Source: an uncultured Gemmatimonadales bacterium (lineage in GTDB: Bacteria; Gemmatimonadota; Gemmatimonadetes; Gemmatimonadales; Gemmatimonadaceae). Taken from it: 64,000 nucleotides of DNA. The position numbers were made by a program, and so were the translations under genes. Shown piece by piece: positions 62,420-64,000 of this stretch. The stretch spans positions 736,001-800,000 of the forward strand of contig CAWBZV010000003.1 in assembly GCA_963793305.1 (NCBI GenBank), given 5' to 3'. A model generated the notes under the pieces. The model was not told where the DNA came from. It ran no database searches and saw nothing but the letters and a program-made list of their open reading frames with translations. Position 1 is the stretch's first letter, and the number at the start of each line of letters is the position of its first letter.

Positions 62420-63891
62420 TCCGGCACGGACTCGCTGTTCTCGCGATCGCCTCGAGCCTGAGCGCACAGCGAGCCCCGTCGCCGGTGAGCGACGTCGGCG
62501 ACAGCGTCACGATCCACCTCGTGGATGTCGATCTCCGCGTCGCGGTCTCGGCACTCGCGCCATATCTGGACCGGCCGGTCGTCTTCGGCAACGTGCCCGC
62601 GTTACGGGTGACGCTCGAGACGCCGCATCCCGTTCCTCGATCGGATATCGAGCGCCTCTTACGGGGCGTCGTCGAATCCCAAAATATGGAGGTCGTCGTC
62701 GACTCCGCGGCCGGCCTCTATCGAGTCAAGCCGCATGACCCTCTGCCACCGCCGGTCGCGACCTCGCGTGGCACGGGAGCGCATGGCGATGGGCAGGAGC
62801 TCTACGTCATTCATTTGAGCCACGCCCGCGCGGCCAATGTCGCCGCGACGGTCAATGCGCTCTATGGCCACGCGAGCGCGCTCGGCGAGCCGGGCGCGAC
62901 GCGAGAGGGCACGCTCTCGGGTCAGCTGGCGCAGAGCGCGTTTCAACCGGCGCTCGCGCCGCCGCCGACGTCGCCCGGCCCCGGAAGTCTGGCCGGCGGC
63001 AAATCGGCGGCGCTCTCCGGCGAGACCGCGATCATCCCTGATGCCGGGACGAACAGCCTGCTGATCCGCGCCAACCCGGCGGACTACGAGCTCATTGCCG
63101 CGGCGGTCAAGGAGCTCGACATCCGGCCGCTCCAAGTGCTGATCGAGGTGCTGATCGTCGAGATCAGCAAGAACTCGAACTGGACCGCCGGGCTCGGGGT
63201 CACCTTCCCGAATCAACAAGCGAAGGGGACGAGCACATCGATCGGCGGCTCCACGCCGAGCGCGGGGCTCGGCGACTTCGCGTTCAACGTGATGCGGACG
63301 GGGAGTCCGGCGTTCAGCGCGAGCCTCACCGCGGCGGCCGCGAAGGGCGAAGCGCGCATTCTCTCGCGACCCATCGTGTTGGCCGAGAACAACGAGGAGG
63401 CCGAGATCCTGGTCGGGAGCCAGCAGCCGTTCATTCAGGTGCAGCAGACGCAGGTCGGCGCGGTCGCGCAGAATCAGGTCGTGCAGTACCAGGACGTGGG
63501 CACGAAGCTCACGGTGCGTCCCACGATTTCGGCCGATGGGTTTGTGCAACTGCTCCTCACGCAAGAAGTGAATCAGGCGACGACGCAAGTGCAATTCAAC
63601 GCGCCGGTGATTTCGACCCGCACGTTGCGCACGCGGCTCCTCGTGCGGGATAGTCAGACGGTGGTGCTTGGTGGCCTGTCCAGTCGGGAGCGGGACAAGA
63701 ACTCGAGCGGCGTGCCCATCTTGTCGTCGATTCCACTCATCGGCCTCCTGTTCGGGCAACAAGGTCGCACCAACACGGGCACCGAGTTCTTTCTCTTTCT
63801 CACGCCGCACATCGTGCGCGACGATATCGACGCGGCCCGGGTGACGCAGCCGATCGATTCCCTGATGCGGCGGGAGGCGCCCGCGCCATGA
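62410..63891 (+). CDS. gspD: T2SS secretin
   Basis: DAGTNSLLIR, LDIRPLQVLIEVLIVE, NNEEAEILVG, DVGTKLTVRPTI, GVPILSSIPLIG, FLTPHIV. Confidence 0.95.
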   Translation: MAMIRHGLAVLAIASSLSAQRAPSPVSDVGDSVTIHLVDVDLRVAVSALAPYLDRPVVFGNVPALRVTLETPHPVPRSDIERLLRGVVESQNMEVVVDSAAGLYRVKPHDPLPPPVATSRGTGAHGDGQELYVIHLSHARAANVAATVNALYGHASALGEPGATREGTLSGQLAQSAFQPALAPPPTSPGPGSLAGGKSAALSGETAIIPDAGTNSLLIRANPADYELIAAAVKELDIRPLQVLIEVLIVEISKNSNWTAGLGVTFPNQQAKGTSTSIGGSTPSAGLGDFAFNVMRTGSPAFSASLTAAAAKGEARILSRPIVLAENNEEAEILVGSQQPFIQVQQTQVGAVAQNQVVQYQDVGTKLTVRPTISADGFVQLLLTQEVNQATTQVQFNAPVISTRTLRTRLLVRDSQTVVLGGLSSRERDKNSSGVPILSSIPLIGLLFGQQGRTNTGTEFFLFLTPHIVRDDIDAARVTQPIDSLMRREAPAP

Positions 63892-64000
63892 TCGAACGCG
63901 GCGGTGCATTTGACATCGGCCAGCATCTCATCGGTGACTCGCGCGCAATGCAGGAATTGCGCGCGGTCGTGGCGCGTCTGGCGCCGACGAAGTTGGCGGT
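63888..64000 (+). CDS. Sigma-54-dependent regulator, N-terminus (partial)
   Basis: LIGDSRAMQELRAVVARLAPTKLAV. Confidence 0.7.
   Translation, partial: MIERGGAFDIGQHLIGDSRAMQELRAVVARLAPTKLA

Overview
High-GC bacterial accessory region. Gemmatimonadota is inferred from the GC-rich SusC/SusD pair and the style of the T2SS/AraC locus, but not proven. Many single-site frameshifts look like long-read consensus errors. Blocks in order: (1) 1-15 kb, defence island: end of a BREX locus (pglZ C-terminus, brxL with PLD-like MIT_C tail), Dcm plus Vsr, a divergent sigma-54 activator, a sigma-54 promoter ahead of an unassigned four-gene operon (BrxD-like ATPase, HerA-like ATPase, unknown protein, HNH nuclease), and an orphan McrB-like GTPase. 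(2) 15-39 kb, a visibly lower-GC lasso-peptide island: ECF sigma, atypical response regulators, STN-bearing SusC, SusD, S9 peptidase, a Hanks-type Ser/Thr kinase, B1/B2/C enzymes, three intact precursors (one absent from the ORF track) and a decayed fourth core, an intact IS21 and two remnants, a kinase-fold gene and an ABC exporter. (3) 39-49 kb: two XRE regulators and a compact trbBCDEJLFGI T4SS directly downstream of a FecI/FecR-like pair, with no coupling protein or relaxase in view. (4) 49-64 kb: degenerate serine hydrolase, PAS histidine kinase, orphan Imm53, GT4 and a type II secretion operon. Best candidates for undescribed systems: a multi-precursor lasso cluster with Ser/Thr-rich tails and a Hanks kinase, possibly wired as a peptide signal controlling the T4SS, and the sigma-54-controlled Dcm/Vsr/ATPase/HerA/HNH defence module. 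No tRNA, rRNA or CRISPR array was recognised.
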